Shown here one piece after another: positions 8,304 to 18,325 of a DNA stretch of 64,000 bases. The first letter of the stretch is position 1. The number at the start of each line of letters is the position of its first letter. The notes under the pieces were generated by a model, which worked only from the letters and a program-made list of their open reading frames with translations, was not told the DNA's origin and did not search any database. This DNA is from an uncultured delta proteobacterium (GTDB lineage Bacteria; Myxococcota_A; Polyangia; Fen-1088): contig CAWCMR010000015.1 in NCBI GenBank assembly GCA_963796685.1, positions 224,001 through 288,000 on the forward strand, written 5' to 3'. The translations under genes were made by a program, and so were the position numbers.

Positions 8304-9965
8304 TCACAGATCCTGCAGTGCCTTGAACACCATCTGGATCGAGATCGATCCCTCGCCGACGGCCGAGGCGACGCGCTTGACGTTCCCTGAGCGCGCGTCG
8401 CCCACGGCGAACACCCCGGGGATAGTCGTCTCGAGCAAGTAAGGTGCGCGCGCAAGCGGCCAGTGACCGTCCGTCAGATCGTCCGCGTTCAAGTCGCCCC
8501 CTGTCTTGATGAAGCCATGATCGTCGAGGCGCACGCAGCCCTTCAGCCAATCGGTGTGCGGATCGGCGCCGGTCATCATGAAGACGTGCCGGAGGGGCAG
8601 CGTGTCCGTCTTTCCGCTGGTGATCTCGCGGCAACGGACCCTATCCAGCCAGTCCGTCCCCTCCAGCGCATCGATCTGGGTGTGCGTCTTCAGCACCACG
8701 TTCGGGCTGTCGGTGATGCGCTGGATCAGGTAGCGCGACATACTGCTCGCCAGGCCCTCGCCCCGCACCAGGATCTGCACGCGCGAGGCGGTCTGCGACA
8801 GGAACACCGCGGCCTGACCGGCCGAGTTTCCCCCTCCCACGATGGCCACTTCCTCGCTCTCGCACAGCTGCGCCTCCAGATGGGTGGCGCTGTAAAACAC
8901 GCCGTTGCCCTCGAAGCGGGACAACTCTGGTAGGTCAGGCTTGCGATAGCGAGCCCCCGTGGCGATGATCAAGGCGCGCGTCAGCACCACCTCTCCATTC
9001 TCGAGGATGACCTTGTAAGGGCGGCTGTCGCAGTCCAGGCGCACCGCCCGTCGCGCGATAGCCACCTCGGCGCCGAACTTTTCGGCCTGGGTCAAGGCGC
9101 GGCCGGCCAGCGCTTGTCCGGAGATCCCGGTGGGAAATCCCAGGTAATTCTCGATGCGCGAGCTGGTGCCAGCCTGCCCGCCCGGGGCCGTGCCTTCAAG
9201 GACCAGCACGTCCAGTCCCTCCGAGGCCGCGTACACGGCGGCGGCCAGCCCGGCCGGGCCCGCCCCCACCACCACCACGTCTCGCACCATCTTCGCATCG
9301 AGCTTCAGGTTGAGGCCTAGCTCTGCCGCCAGAGATTCGACCGACGGATTCTTGTGCACGCGCCCCCCCGAGCACACCACCACCGGCACCTCGGCCACCC
9401 CGATCTGAAAGCGATCCAGCAGCGATTGCACGCCGGGGTCGGACTCGACGTCCTGATAGGTGAACGGCTGATTGTTGCGCACCAGAAATTCGCGCAGCTT
9501 GAGCGTAGCGGCCGAGTGGCGCGATCCGAGCAGGACCAGCCCTCCGCCTCCCTGCGCGATCAGGGCGACCCGACGCAGGATGAACGCACGCATCAGGATC
9601 TCGCTTAGCTCCGAGTCCCGTTGCACCAGCGCGCGCAGATGTTCCCGATCGACGACGACCACCTCGCCGTCCTCGACCACGCGGCCTTGCACCAGGCTGC
9701 GTCGGCCCGACAGCATGTTGATTTCTCCGGTGAACTGCCCCGGCCCATGCAGAACGACCTGTTCGTAGCTTTCGCCCAGCGGGCGCAGGATCTCGACGGC
9801 CCCGCTGACCACCACGTAGAAACACGTCTCGCGATCCCCAATCTCGAACAGGATCTCCCCCGCCTTGACGTTGCGTCGCTTCCCGATAGCGCAGACACGG
9901 GTGATCTGCGCCTGGCTCAACTCGGAAAACATCTGCTCGCGGCGGCTCTCGTATATATCAGCCAT
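8304..9965 (-). CDS. cNMP-binding-domain thioredoxin reductase-like flavoprotein
   Basis: N-terminal cNMP-binding domain (FTGEINMLSG). GAGPAG, GGQAGTSSRIENYLGFPTG, GGGNSAGQA, GVFAVGD.RSG..KRVASAVGEG. The TrxB CxxC is replaced by SATH. Confidence 0.88.
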   Translation of the reverse strand: MADIYESRREQMFSELSQAQITRVCAIGKRRNVKAGEILFEIGDRETCFYVVVSGAVEILRPLGESYEQVVLHGPGQFTGEINMLSGRRSLVQGRVVEDGEVVVVDREHLRALVQRDSELSEILMRAFILRRVALIAQGGGGLVLLGSRHSAATLKLREFLVRNNQPFTYQDVESDPGVQSLLDRFQIGVAEVPVVVCSGGRVHKNPSVESLAAELGLNLKLDAKMVRDVVVVGAGPAGLAAAVYAASEGLDVLVLEGTAPGGQAGTSSRIENYLGFPTGISGQALAGRALTQAEKFGAEVAIARRAVRLDCDSRPYKVILENGEVVLTRALIIATGARYRKPDLPELSRFEGNGVFYSATHLEAQLCESEEVAIVGGGNSAGQAAVFLSQTASRVQILVRGEGLASSMSRYLIQRITDSPNVVLKTHTQIDALEGTDWLDRVRCREITSGKTDTLPLRHVFMMTGADPHTDWLKGCVRLDDHGFIKTGGDLNADDLTDGHWPLARAPYLLETTIPGVFAVGDARSGNVKRVASAVGEGSISIQMVFKALQDL

Positions 9966-10124
9966 TTGACTTTGTCCTAGGATGCCGGAGGACGGTGATC
10001 GGGAACGACCTTTGGTCCCGACCACTATTCGGCCCGGCCCCCAAAGGCTGGCTCAGGCATCTACTCCAACTCGGTCCCGACGCGTAGGTGGTCGAGGTAT
10101 TTGCCGTCCCTTCCGTAACCGACT

Positions 10125-10553
10125 CTAGGGCTTGAGGCGGGCGAGAAAGGTGCTCTCGTTGCTGCCGCTCTTCGTGTACGAGACCGGGGCGGCGTCGAGC
10201 GGACCGAACGTGGTGAGGTCGGAGAAGCCGCCGGTGAAGACGACGGAGCCGTCAGCGAGGACGGAGAGGCCGAGCACGTCGATCCAACCCGTGGCCACGA
10301 CCCGTGCAAGCCGTGCGCTGCCATCCGGGCGATGCCATGAGAGGACCAGATTCATGTCTTGGGTGAGCCTGGTCAACGAGAGCGAGCCGCAGGTGTCCGC
10401 GTCGAAGACCGCCGGATCGGTCTTCCGGAAGGTCGATGCCATCACGAACCCGCCGTCGGCAAGGGGCGCGAGCCCGCGCAGCTCTGGGTAAAGGCCGTGT
10501 GCGCAGACATTCCGTACAAATGTCCACGCAACGGCGTCAGCGCTGAAATGCAT
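10125..10553 (-). pseudogene. C-terminal fragment of a beta-propeller-repeat extracellular protein
   Basis: Repeats of the type LADGGFVMA / LADGSVVFTGGF...TFLARL. No signal peptide, and it abuts the divergent GH28 gene. Confidence 0.35.
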
Positions 10554-10597
10554 CGATTTCCTGAGCCACCATGCAGTGGCGGCGCCACCTTTTGGTC

Positions 10598-12451
10598 ATG
10601 AAGTCCCTCAGGCTGTCTGCGTTGGCAGTATCCCTGTGCGGCGCAAGTGTCGTTGCCTGCAGCAGTTCCAGCTCCACCACCGGGATCCACCCCGATGCGG
10701 CCGGGTCTCAATCCGACGCCACCACAGAAAGCTCGGGCGGGGGAGTGAAGGCAAGCGGTGGAACGGGTGGCGGAACGGGCGGAAGTGTTGCGACCGGCGG
10801 TACCAACAGCGGTGCCGGGGGAGGCGCCGGGGGAAGTGCAGCCCTGACAGGCGGCACCGGCGGGGCCAACAATCTGAACGGAGGGGCGAGCGGAACGGCT
10901 GCCATGGGCGGAACGACTGGCGGAACGACCGGCGGTATAGGTGGCAAGACGAGCGGCACAGGCGGCACGAGCGGCGCAACCACAGGGGGAACAACCGGTG
11001 GAACGGGAGGCAAGCCAGGCGCCACCGGTGGCGGTGCAGGAAGCTTGAGTGGCACAGGCGGGGCCAACAGCACCGGCGGTAGCACGGCAATCGGAGGGAC
11101 AGGCACCGGCGGTAGCACGCCAAGCACCGGCGGCAGCACCGGAACCTGTGGCGCTGGCGACTCGAACCTGCCCGCCGAACCGACCATCCCGCCACCTTGC
11201 ATCACCTTGCAGGCAACCCAGAGCGTCGCGGCGGGCGCGCTTCCCAGCGAAACCAGCCTCGACACATCGGCGATCCAGAATGCGCTCGATGGCTGTACCT
11301 CCGGACAGGCGGTGAAGCTGACAACGCGCGGCGCGAACAATGCTTTCATCACCGGTCCCTTGACCCTGCCCGCTGGTGTTACCTTGTGGGTGGACGCCGG
11401 GACGACCCTCTACGCGACACGCGACCCGAAGGTGTGGGGCTCGGCCTCGGAGCTCATCTCGGTCTCCGGCGCCAATTCGGGCATCGTTGGCGACGGCATC
11501 ATCAACGGCCAAGGCGGCGAGCCCAACATCGGCAGCACGCAGTCTTGGTGGGACCAGAACGCCGGCAGCAGCGGCAACAGTCCGGCGCTGATTGCCGTGC
11601 GGGGGGCGACGAAATTCACGCTCTACCGAATCACCCTGTACGACTCGCCCAAATTTCACGTGAAGATGGGCGCTGCCGGGTTCGTGGCGTGGGGTGTGAC
11701 CATCAAGGCTCCCTCCAAGGCCACCAACAGCGCGGGCACGGCGCTCAACTACAGCAACGCGCACAACACCGACGGTATCGATCCGGGCGAAGCGGCCAGC
11801 GACGGATTCATCGTGTGCAGCAAGATCAGCACGGGCGACGACCACATCGCCATCAAGGGCTCGAGCAGCACCGGCGTCAAGAACCTGGTCATCGCGCACA
11901 ACCGCTTCGGCGCCGGCCACGGCATGTCCATCGGCAGCGAATTCACCGGTGGCGTCTCGGACGTCAAGGTCTACGACCTGTCCATCGATGGACAGAACAT
12001 GGGCACGAGCGGTGGCAGCTCGAACGGCATCCGCATCAAGTCCGACTCGAGCCGAGGCGGCCTGGTGAACAACGTCTCCTACAGCGACATCTGCGTGCGC
12101 AACCTGTCGAACCCGATCTTACTCACGCCCAATTACTCCACCTCCACGGGCAGCTACATTCCGCAGTACACCAACATCAAGATCCAGAATTTCCACGGCC
12201 TCAGCGGCGGCTCGAATACGCCCAAGGTGACCCTGGACGGCTACGATGTCGCCCACCTCAACAGCGTCACGCTCGACAACGTGGTCATCGACGGGCTCTC
12301 CGCGTCCAATGTGACGGCCTCGTACACCGCCGTGACGCTGGGACCCGGCAACGTGAGCTTCACTCCGTCGGGCACCAGCGTGACCGTGACCGACAACAAG
12401 TCGGGGACGAGCACGCCGAATCCGTGCACGGACAAGTGGGTCACGTTCTGA
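10598..12451 (+). CDS. GH28 polygalacturonase, lipoprotein with Gly/Thr/Ser-rich linker
   Basis: All four GH28 motifs are present: NTDG, GDD, GHG and RIK. Lipobox-like VVAC followed by a >100 aa Gly-rich linker. Confidence 0.92.
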   Translation: MKSLRLSALAVSLCGASVVACSSSSSTTGIHPDAAGSQSDATTESSGGGVKASGGTGGGTGGSVATGGTNSGAGGGAGGSAALTGGTGGANNLNGGASGTAAMGGTTGGTTGGIGGKTSGTGGTSGATTGGTTGGTGGKPGATGGGAGSLSGTGGANSTGGSTAIGGTGTGGSTPSTGGSTGTCGAGDSNLPAEPTIPPPCITLQATQSVAAGALPSETSLDTSAIQNALDGCTSGQAVKLTTRGANNAFITGPLTLPAGVTLWVDAGTTLYATRDPKVWGSASELISVSGANSGIVGDGIINGQGGEPNIGSTQSWWDQNAGSSGNSPALIAVRGATKFTLYRITLYDSPKFHVKMGAAGFVAWGVTIKAPSKATNSAGTALNYSNAHNTDGIDPGEAASDGFIVCSKISTGDDHIAIKGSSSTGVKNLVIAHNRFGAGHGMSIGSEFTGGVSDVKVYDLSIDGQNMGTSGGSSNGIRIKSDSSRGGLVNNVSYSDICVRNLSNPILLTPNYSTSTGSYIPQYTNIKIQNFHGLSGGSNTPKVTLDGYDVAHLNSVTLDNVVIDGLSASNVTASYTAVTLGPGNVSFTPSGTSVTVTDNKSGTSTPNPCTDKWVTF

Positions 12452-12520
12452 CCATGTGCAGGATGATGTTCCTCTTGCTTGCAGATGGCCCTGTCGGGGG
12501 ACGATGCTAGCCTAGACGTC

Positions 12521-12916
12521 ATGGGTCATCTCTTGATCGCACTCTCCATCGCGGCAACAGCCGCGGTAACCCCGGGGCGCGTCCAGCTCTCCGGCCAGGT
12601 GCTGGCGGCCTCCGGCAAGGGGACCGTCCACGTGGCCCTGTGGCAGGCCGAGGGATTCCTCGAGCACCCCGTCCAGGAGGTGCGCCTCGGGCCTGGCAAA
12701 CCTCTTGATTTCCACTTCGACGTTACACCGGGGCGCTACGCCCTCAGTGCCTTCGAGGACTTGAACGGTAATGGCATCCTAGACATGGGCCTATTGGGTC
12801 CGAAGGAGCCGTCTGGCTTCTGGCGCCCCTTCCATGGCTGGCACAAGCCGCGCTTCGATGAGGTCGCCTCCCAATTTGGCCGAGAGACTCATGGCCTGGA
12901 GATTGTTCTCAAGTAG
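12521..12916 (+). CDS. DUF2141 family secreted protein
   Basis: PGRYALSAFEDLNGNG.LD.GLLGPKEP.GF...PRFDE; N-terminal signal peptide. Confidence 0.8.
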   Translation: MGHLLIALSIAATAAVTPGRVQLSGQVLAASGKGTVHVALWQAEGFLEHPVQEVRLGPGKPLDFHFDVTPGRYALSAFEDLNGNGILDMGLLGPKEPSGFWRPFHGWHKPRFDEVASQFGRETHGLEIVLK

Positions 12917-12930
12917 AGGTCCGTCGCGCT

Positions 12931-13842
12931 ATGAGGCCCTTTCGAGCTGGTATCAAAATCATCGGTGTCAACCCCTATGTGTCCGTGCCGGCGGACCGGC
13001 TGGCGACACTTTTTGAGCGGGCGGCGAAGACGCGAGGGCCTATCGCGGTGTGTGGCCAGCTGGACGGTCACGCATTTCGACAGACCCTGGTGAAGTACGC
13101 TGGTGCCTGGCGCCTATACCTCAACACTCCCATGCGCCGAGCTGTCGCCAAGGGCGTGGGGGATCGTGTGACGGTGGACCTGGACTTCGATGCCGAGCCT
13201 CGTCTTGTGCCCGTGCCTCCTCGGTTCAAGCGCGCTTTGGCCACGAATCCCGCGGCAAACGCCGCCTTTGAGGCACTGGCTCCCTCTAGAAGAAAGGAGA
13301 TCGTTCGCTATTTGGCTTCGCTCAAGACCGAGGTTTCCCTGCGGCGCAATGTGGACATCGTGATTGGGCACCTGCTTGGGCATGAGCCCAAGGGGTTGTT
13401 TGCATTGATGAGGGTACGGCGTCGAGGGCAGGGAGCCCGTGACCAAAGCGGGGTCCAGGCATCGAAAGAGAAGTCGCGAATGTCAGGTAGACCGAAGACC
13501 GTAGACGAGTATCTTGCACGCTTGAGCGGCGAGAAGCTGACTGCGCTGAGAAAGCTGCGCAGCACGATTCGATCGATCGTTCCCAAGGCCGAGGAGTGCA
13601 TAAGCTACAGACTTCCAGCCTTCCGCCTCGACGGGGTCGTGATCGCCGGATTCTGCGCGACGGCGAAGGGATGTTCCTATTTTCCGTTCAGCGGATCGAC
13701 GCTAGGCACGCTGGCCGACGATCTCCGAGCGTACAGCCAAACCAAGTCCTCGCTTCATTTTCATCCCGACAAGCCGCTGCCGGCAGCGCTGGTCCGCAAG
13801 TTGATTAAGGTACGCGTCGCTGAAAGAAAGGGTAACAAGTAG
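12931..13842 (+). CDS. DUF1905 + YdeI/OmdA-like domain in frame with a DUF1801 (YdhG-like) domain; possible second start at 13480
   Basis: NPYV.VP...LYLN.PMR (DUF1905); P....AL.....A..AFEALAPSRRKE (OmdA); TVDEYL...L..LR..I...P.AEE.ISY..PAF (DUF1801). Confidence 0.75.
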   Translation: MRPFRAGIKIIGVNPYVSVPADRLATLFERAAKTRGPIAVCGQLDGHAFRQTLVKYAGAWRLYLNTPMRRAVAKGVGDRVTVDLDFDAEPRLVPVPPRFKRALATNPAANAAFEALAPSRRKEIVRYLASLKTEVSLRRNVDIVIGHLLGHEPKGLFALMRVRRRGQGARDQSGVQASKEKSRMSGRPKTVDEYLARLSGEKLTALRKLRSTIRSIVPKAEECISYRLPAFRLDGVVIAGFCATAKGCSYFPFSGSTLGTLADDLRAYSQTKSSLHFHPDKPLPAALVRKLIKVRVAERKGNK

Positions 13843-13870
13843 ACGAGCCGCCTCGCCAAGCCCATGCACA

Positions 13871-14317
13871 TCAATCGACACGGGGCATGTTCTTGTAGCA
13901 GTCGTCCGTGGTCATGGTTGCATTGAGTTGCTGTGGGCTCGCCACGAATCGAATGGGATCCCAGTGGGCATCGCCCCCCGCTCCTCGCACGTGAAGCTGG
14001 CCAACCCAGTCACCGTAGTCGTCGGCATGGAGGCGAATGATTTCTTCGCCATTCGAGTAGTTGCGAAATCCACCGTTGCCCAGGGTCGAGATCGCGCCAG
14101 TGGCGCTTTTTCCGTCCACGCTGAATTTGACGACCATTCCCGCCGTATCTTTGCAGGTCACAGACCAGCGGCCGGCAATAGGGCCTGGATCCTTCTCCCA
14201 TGAATAGCGCTTTACCCCGGCCATGGCCACGCTCGTCAGGGCAACCCCTAAGAATAGAAGCACCGACAGGCTCACCGTCAGTCTGGAAATCAGCTTGCTA
14301 GCAAAAGTTCTTTTCAT
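13871..14317 (-). CDS. Secreted hypothetical protein
   Basis: Strong RBS GAGGAGG before the ATG at 14317; signal peptide ending in AMA. Confidence 0.7.
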   Translation of the reverse strand: MKRTFASKLISRLTVSLSVLLFLGVALTSVAMAGVKRYSWEKDPGPIAGRWSVTCKDTAGMVVKFSVDGKSATGAISTLGNGGFRNYSNGEEIIRLHADDYGDWVGQLHVRGAGGDAHWDPIRFVASPQQLNATMTTDDCYKNMPRVD

Positions 14318-14358
14318 CTCGCTCCTCCTCGTGCCTGTATTCGCAAACGACATCACAG

Positions 14359-14374
14359 AGCAAGATGCGTGCCC
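14359..14374 (-). promoter_or_regulatory. Putative sigma-54 -24/-12 promoter
   Basis: The minus strand reads GGGCACGCATCTTGCT, matching GGCACG-N4-TTGC with exact spacing, about 40 nt upstream of the 14317 start. Confidence 0.6.
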
Positions 14375-14693
14375 GTAGTCCGAGGGAGACCATAGAGGTC
14401 TTGGAGCGAGACTGCGGTTATGGATATGGGGCGATTTACCACGCGTGGCAAGTTGCTACGCCGGCCGTCGTGAGGAATTCCCCGTAAGAACGACCGTACA
14501 ACCCGGACCTGCCGCGTGGCCATCGTGGTACCCTGAGGACGTCGCCTCGGTGGGGCTGCAGCTGAACGATCCACTGGGTAGGGACCACCGTCTCGTCGGG
14601 CCCAGATAGATGCCGATGACGATTCGGCCAGACACGACGCCCTAACGAACGTGCGGCCGTCGACAAGTGGGTCGCATGGGGGGATAACAACAC

Positions 14694-16436
14694 ATGCCAC
14701 AGGGTTCGTATCAGTCGCGCCTTCTTGCGGTCGCCGCCGCCTTTCTCTTGTCCGCAGGAGGGTGCAATTCCCAGACTGGGGTGACGGGCGGTAGCGGCGG
14801 CTCCGGGGCCGTGGGCTCAGGGGGCAGTGGCTCGGGCGGAAAAGCCGGCGGCGGCTCAGGGGGCAGTGGCTCGGGCGGGAAAGCCGGCAGCGGCGGCACC
14901 GGCGGCACCGGCGGTCTCGCGAGCGGCGGTGACGGCTCGGGTGGCAGTAGCTCGGGAGGTGCCAGCGGCAAGGGTGGCGCTGCGGGGTCGGGCGCCAGTA
15001 GCTCGGGAGGTGCCAGCGGCACGGCTGGCTCAGGCGGCAGCGCTTCCGGTGGCGCCGGCGGCAGGGGTGGAGCTGGCGGCTCCAAGTCAGGCGCTGGTGG
15101 GGGGACAGGCGGTGGTTCGGGCGGAGGCGGGGCGGGCAGCGGCGGAGCGGCAACCGGCGGCACGGGTGGGGCCGGGGGCACGGAGAGCGCCGCTTGCGAC
15201 TTCACGGTCACCTCGCAGCTCGCGAGCGACACCAGCGCAAAGTCGCCCACCACGGTCGGCATCGTCAAGTGGTCGGTCACGGGCATGACGCCCACCAGCG
15301 CGAACATCGAGCTCGGTCTCGATACGACCTACGGCACGAAGGCGCCCGTCGACCTGACGGTGGCAGGCTATCAGACGCCGCTGCTCGGGATGAAACCGTC
15401 CACGACGTATCACTTTCGCATCGTCGCTTCGAGCGGCTCCGCTTCGTGCACCAGCCAGGATCAGACGATTCAAACCGGCGCCAAGGCGACCTCCGTCTCG
15501 ATCGGCAGCTACACCATCAAGAGCGCCAGCGCGCACCAGCGCGGATTCATCATCACGTCGTACTGGAGCGGCTCGGGCAAGTCGGTGCCGTTCATCCTCG
15601 ATGCCGAAGGCAACATCGTATGGTGGTACGGTGGCGGTCCGAGCAATGGCATTGCACGGGCACGCATATCGGCAGACTCCAAGAACATGTGGATGGTCGT
15701 GCCCGACCTGAGCGGCGGCGGGCACGTGCAGCGGGTCAGCATGGATACCCTGGACGGGCAGACGTACGCATCGACCCAGTCCTCGCATGACATCGCGGCC
15801 GTCACCGGCTCGACGATGGCCTACATCGACTACAGCCCGAGCAGCGCGTGCAACGGCAATGGCGGAGGCATCGTCGAAATCGACCCGAGCGGTACGACCC
15901 ATACGGTGGTCAACGCAAGCACCTTCCTCTCCTCTTCGGGGGGCGGCGGAGGTATGGGCTGCCACGGCAATTCCCTGCGCTATTCAGCCAAGGAGGATTA
16001 CTACACCTATTCCGACGTTCAGTCGGACGTCTACATCTTGAACCGCTCGGGTGCGCTGCAGTGGAAGTTGTCGAGCAAGGTCGGCAGCAACAGCTCCTGG
16101 GGCGGCGTGCAGCACGGCCAGCAGCTGCTCGACAACAGCATCATCATCTTCGCCAACTCTGGCGGTGGCAACAACGCCTCGGCGGCCATCGAGTACGGGT
16201 TGGATGGCTCGCTGATCAAGAAGTTCGCCAGCGGTGGGAACACGCAGAACCTCGGCGACGTGCAACGGTTGCCTGGCGGCAACACGCTCATCAACTACGG
16301 CAACGGCGGCAATATTCAGGAAGTAGATTCATCGGGCAACGTCGTCATGGAGATCAAGGGCAGCAGCGGTAGCTACTTCGGCTACTCCGAATGGCGTGAC
16401 AGCCTCTACGGCCCGCCGCTCGACATCAACGAGTAG
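14694..16436 (+). CDS. Lipoprotein with Gly-rich linker, FN3-like domain and arylsulfotransferase-like beta-propeller
   Basis: Lipobox-like AGGC, Gly/Ser linker, LLGMKPSTTYHFRI, then SHD, HGNS, QHG and LGDVQRLPGGNTL. Paralog of 45764-47104. Confidence 0.65.
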   Translation: MPQGSYQSRLLAVAAAFLLSAGGCNSQTGVTGGSGGSGAVGSGGSGSGGKAGGGSGGSGSGGKAGSGGTGGTGGLASGGDGSGGSSSGGASGKGGAAGSGASSSGGASGTAGSGGSASGGAGGRGGAGGSKSGAGGGTGGGSGGGGAGSGGAATGGTGGAGGTESAACDFTVTSQLASDTSAKSPTTVGIVKWSVTGMTPTSANIELGLDTTYGTKAPVDLTVAGYQTPLLGMKPSTTYHFRIVASSGSASCTSQDQTIQTGAKATSVSIGSYTIKSASAHQRGFIITSYWSGSGKSVPFILDAEGNIVWWYGGGPSNGIARARISADSKNMWMVVPDLSGGGHVQRVSMDTLDGQTYASTQSSHDIAAVTGSTMAYIDYSPSSACNGNGGGIVEIDPSGTTHTVVNASTFLSSSGGGGGMGCHGNSLRYSAKEDYYTYSDVQSDVYILNRSGALQWKLSSKVGSNSSWGGVQHGQQLLDNSIIIFANSGGGNNASAAIEYGLDGSLIKKFASGGNTQNLGDVQRLPGGNTLINYGNGGNIQEVDSSGNVVMEIKGSSGSYFGYSEWRDSLYGPPLDINE

Positions 16437-16689
16437 CCCGTCGACGCCAGGCAAACGCCAAGGCCAGGATGGCAATGCACAAGCTTGCCGCTGTCTCGGT
16501 TCGACCATGTCTTCCGCGAACGCCTACTTGCTAGCACTACTGATTCAAATTCGGACCGAGCCGTCGCGTCGCGAGGGCCTCGACCGCAACGAACGACGAG
16601 GGCGCATACTTGACGTATGTAACCGAGGAGTGAGGCAGCGGGCGAGGACCGCAGCAGCGACGGCGACGGGAGAATTTGAATCAGTAGTG

Positions 16690-17079
16690 CTAGGCGCCTG
16701 TGGGGGCTACGGGAGCTCCTTCGCAGCGTACGGTCATCTGCACCCTGTAGTCCTTGGTCTTGTCGCGGTCGTCTTTTGCGCCGAGCAAACCGGCGGCGAG
16801 GGACATCGCCTTATTCGCGGTGCCGGTGGTGCCGTTCTTATCGGGGCCGTTGTAGGTCGTGTCCGGCCCAGCTACGACGACATACGCCTTGCCGGTTGGG
16901 TTGCAATTTTCGGTAGCCTCGCGCTTGGCACCGTCGAGGGCGACAGTTTCCTCGGCCGCAAAGACCGTGACGACCAAACCCTCGGGCTTCGGAATGTTGC
17001 TGAACGTGTAGTGCTTGGGAGCTGCCGTTGCACAACCAAAGACTCCGGACAGGACGAAGATAATGAAACTCGCTTTCAT
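16690..17079 (-). CDS. Small lipoprotein, hypothetical
   Basis: MKASFIIFVLSGVFGC lipobox; AGGAAA-like RBS. Confidence 0.65.
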   Translation of the reverse strand: MKASFIIFVLSGVFGCATAAPKHYTFSNIPKPEGLVVTVFAAEETVALDGAKREATENCNPTGKAYVVVAGPDTTYNGPDKNGTTGTANKAMSLAAGLLGAKDDRDKTKDYRVQMTVRCEGAPVAPTGA

Positions 17080-17329
17080 CGCATGTTTTCCTTTCTATTT
17101 GGAAGATCCAGCCTGATGGGACGTTACATCATTTCACGGAGCTTGGGAAGGCTCTCGTTCGAATCCTGTTCGAATCTCGTTCGAATCCCGTGGTGGCCGA
17201 ATGAATCTGTCAGTCCACCTCCCAGGCCTTTCCTCGGGTACTATGGAAGCCCTATCGACAATCCTATCTTGGGAGAGCCACATGCCGGTCGCGCTACGGA
17301 TACCGCCCCGTCGCAAACCACCGAGCTTC

Positions 17330-17705
17330 GAACAGCTTCAACAAGAGCTCGAGCTCGACCAGCGCAAGGAATACTGGTTGGGAACATGACAAGGCTGGCC
17401 ACCGCGAGGACGCCCTTCGGGTGCTGGACCTGGCCGCCGAGCTGCAGCCGCAAAATCGCGAGATTATCCAGCGCAGGGGCTACATCGTGGAGGGGCTGAC
17501 CGAGCGGAGCGCTGGTCCGACCGGTACCCCGGGCGTGCAGGCCCCGGACTTGGATGGGCTCAAGCAAGCGGCGCGCGACAACCCGGATGATCTACGTGTC
17601 CATCAGCAGCTCGACTACAATCTTGCCCGGCCGGGCAAGTTCACCGAGGTGGTAGCCCTGTGGGACAGCTACCCATGGTCACGCCCGTGGCCGAGGGTTG
17701 AATAG
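17330..17705 (+). pseudogene. Degenerate TPR-like fragment
   Basis: Helical repeat-like segments (LDLAAELQPQN, AARDNPDDLRVHQQLDY.L) in broken frames with no clear start. Confidence 0.3.
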
Positions 17706-18284
17706 GCGACGTTTTCGGACGGCGTAGAAGGCAAACGCCCACCAGCAGGCCAAGAGCACGACCGTCTCCATGCGTGTGGCATTCACGATCGCGTCCGAGT
17801 CGACCAGGCTCCCCAGCCCGTCCGTCCCCAAAATGAGCCCTTGGAGCTCGGAGGCCGACTGGCCGATCGACGCCAGGATCCCCGCCCTGTCGAGAAGGAG
17901 CGCCAACCGATCGATGGTGTACAACCCCGTACCGGCAAGCAGCACCGGGATCCCCCACGGGCGCAACATCAGCAGCCCCAGACCCATCGCAACGTACGCT
18001 GCGGTGAAGATCAGGTGGTAGGTGACCGCGATCGAACCCGTGCGAACCGCGCCTGCCAGGGGAACAGCCGCGGTCATCGAATACGCCTCGTAGGCGGCCG
18101 TGATCAAGAAGAAGGCGCCTGCGAGTCGGAGGGTAATCGCACCCTTTTGCCGGGCAAAGGCTGACTTTCCGACGCCGTCGGGCGGTCGCCAAAGCCCCCC
18201 GCTCCGCGTCGCACCGCAGAACCGGCACAGGATCGCGGCGTCCTGGATCTCCTCGGCGCAGAACGGGCATTTCATCCAGCGCAT
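17679..18284 (-). CDS. Zinc-ribbon membrane protein
   Basis: KCPFCAEEIQDAAILCRFCG followed by about 4 hydrophobic helices; AGGAGG RBS. Confidence 0.8.
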   Translation of the reverse strand: MRWMKCPFCAEEIQDAAILCRFCGATRSGGLWRPPDGVGKSAFARQKGAITLRLAGAFFLITAAYEAYSMTAAVPLAGAVRTGSIAVTYHLIFTAAYVAMGLGLLMLRPWGIPVLLAGTGLYTIDRLALLLDRAGILASIGQSASELQGLILGTDGLGSLVDSDAIVNATRMETVVLLACWWAFAFYAVRKRRLFNPRPRA

Positions 18285-18325
18285 CTTACCTCCTGAATCT
18301 CGTGCGGACCCGATCGGCAACGCCA

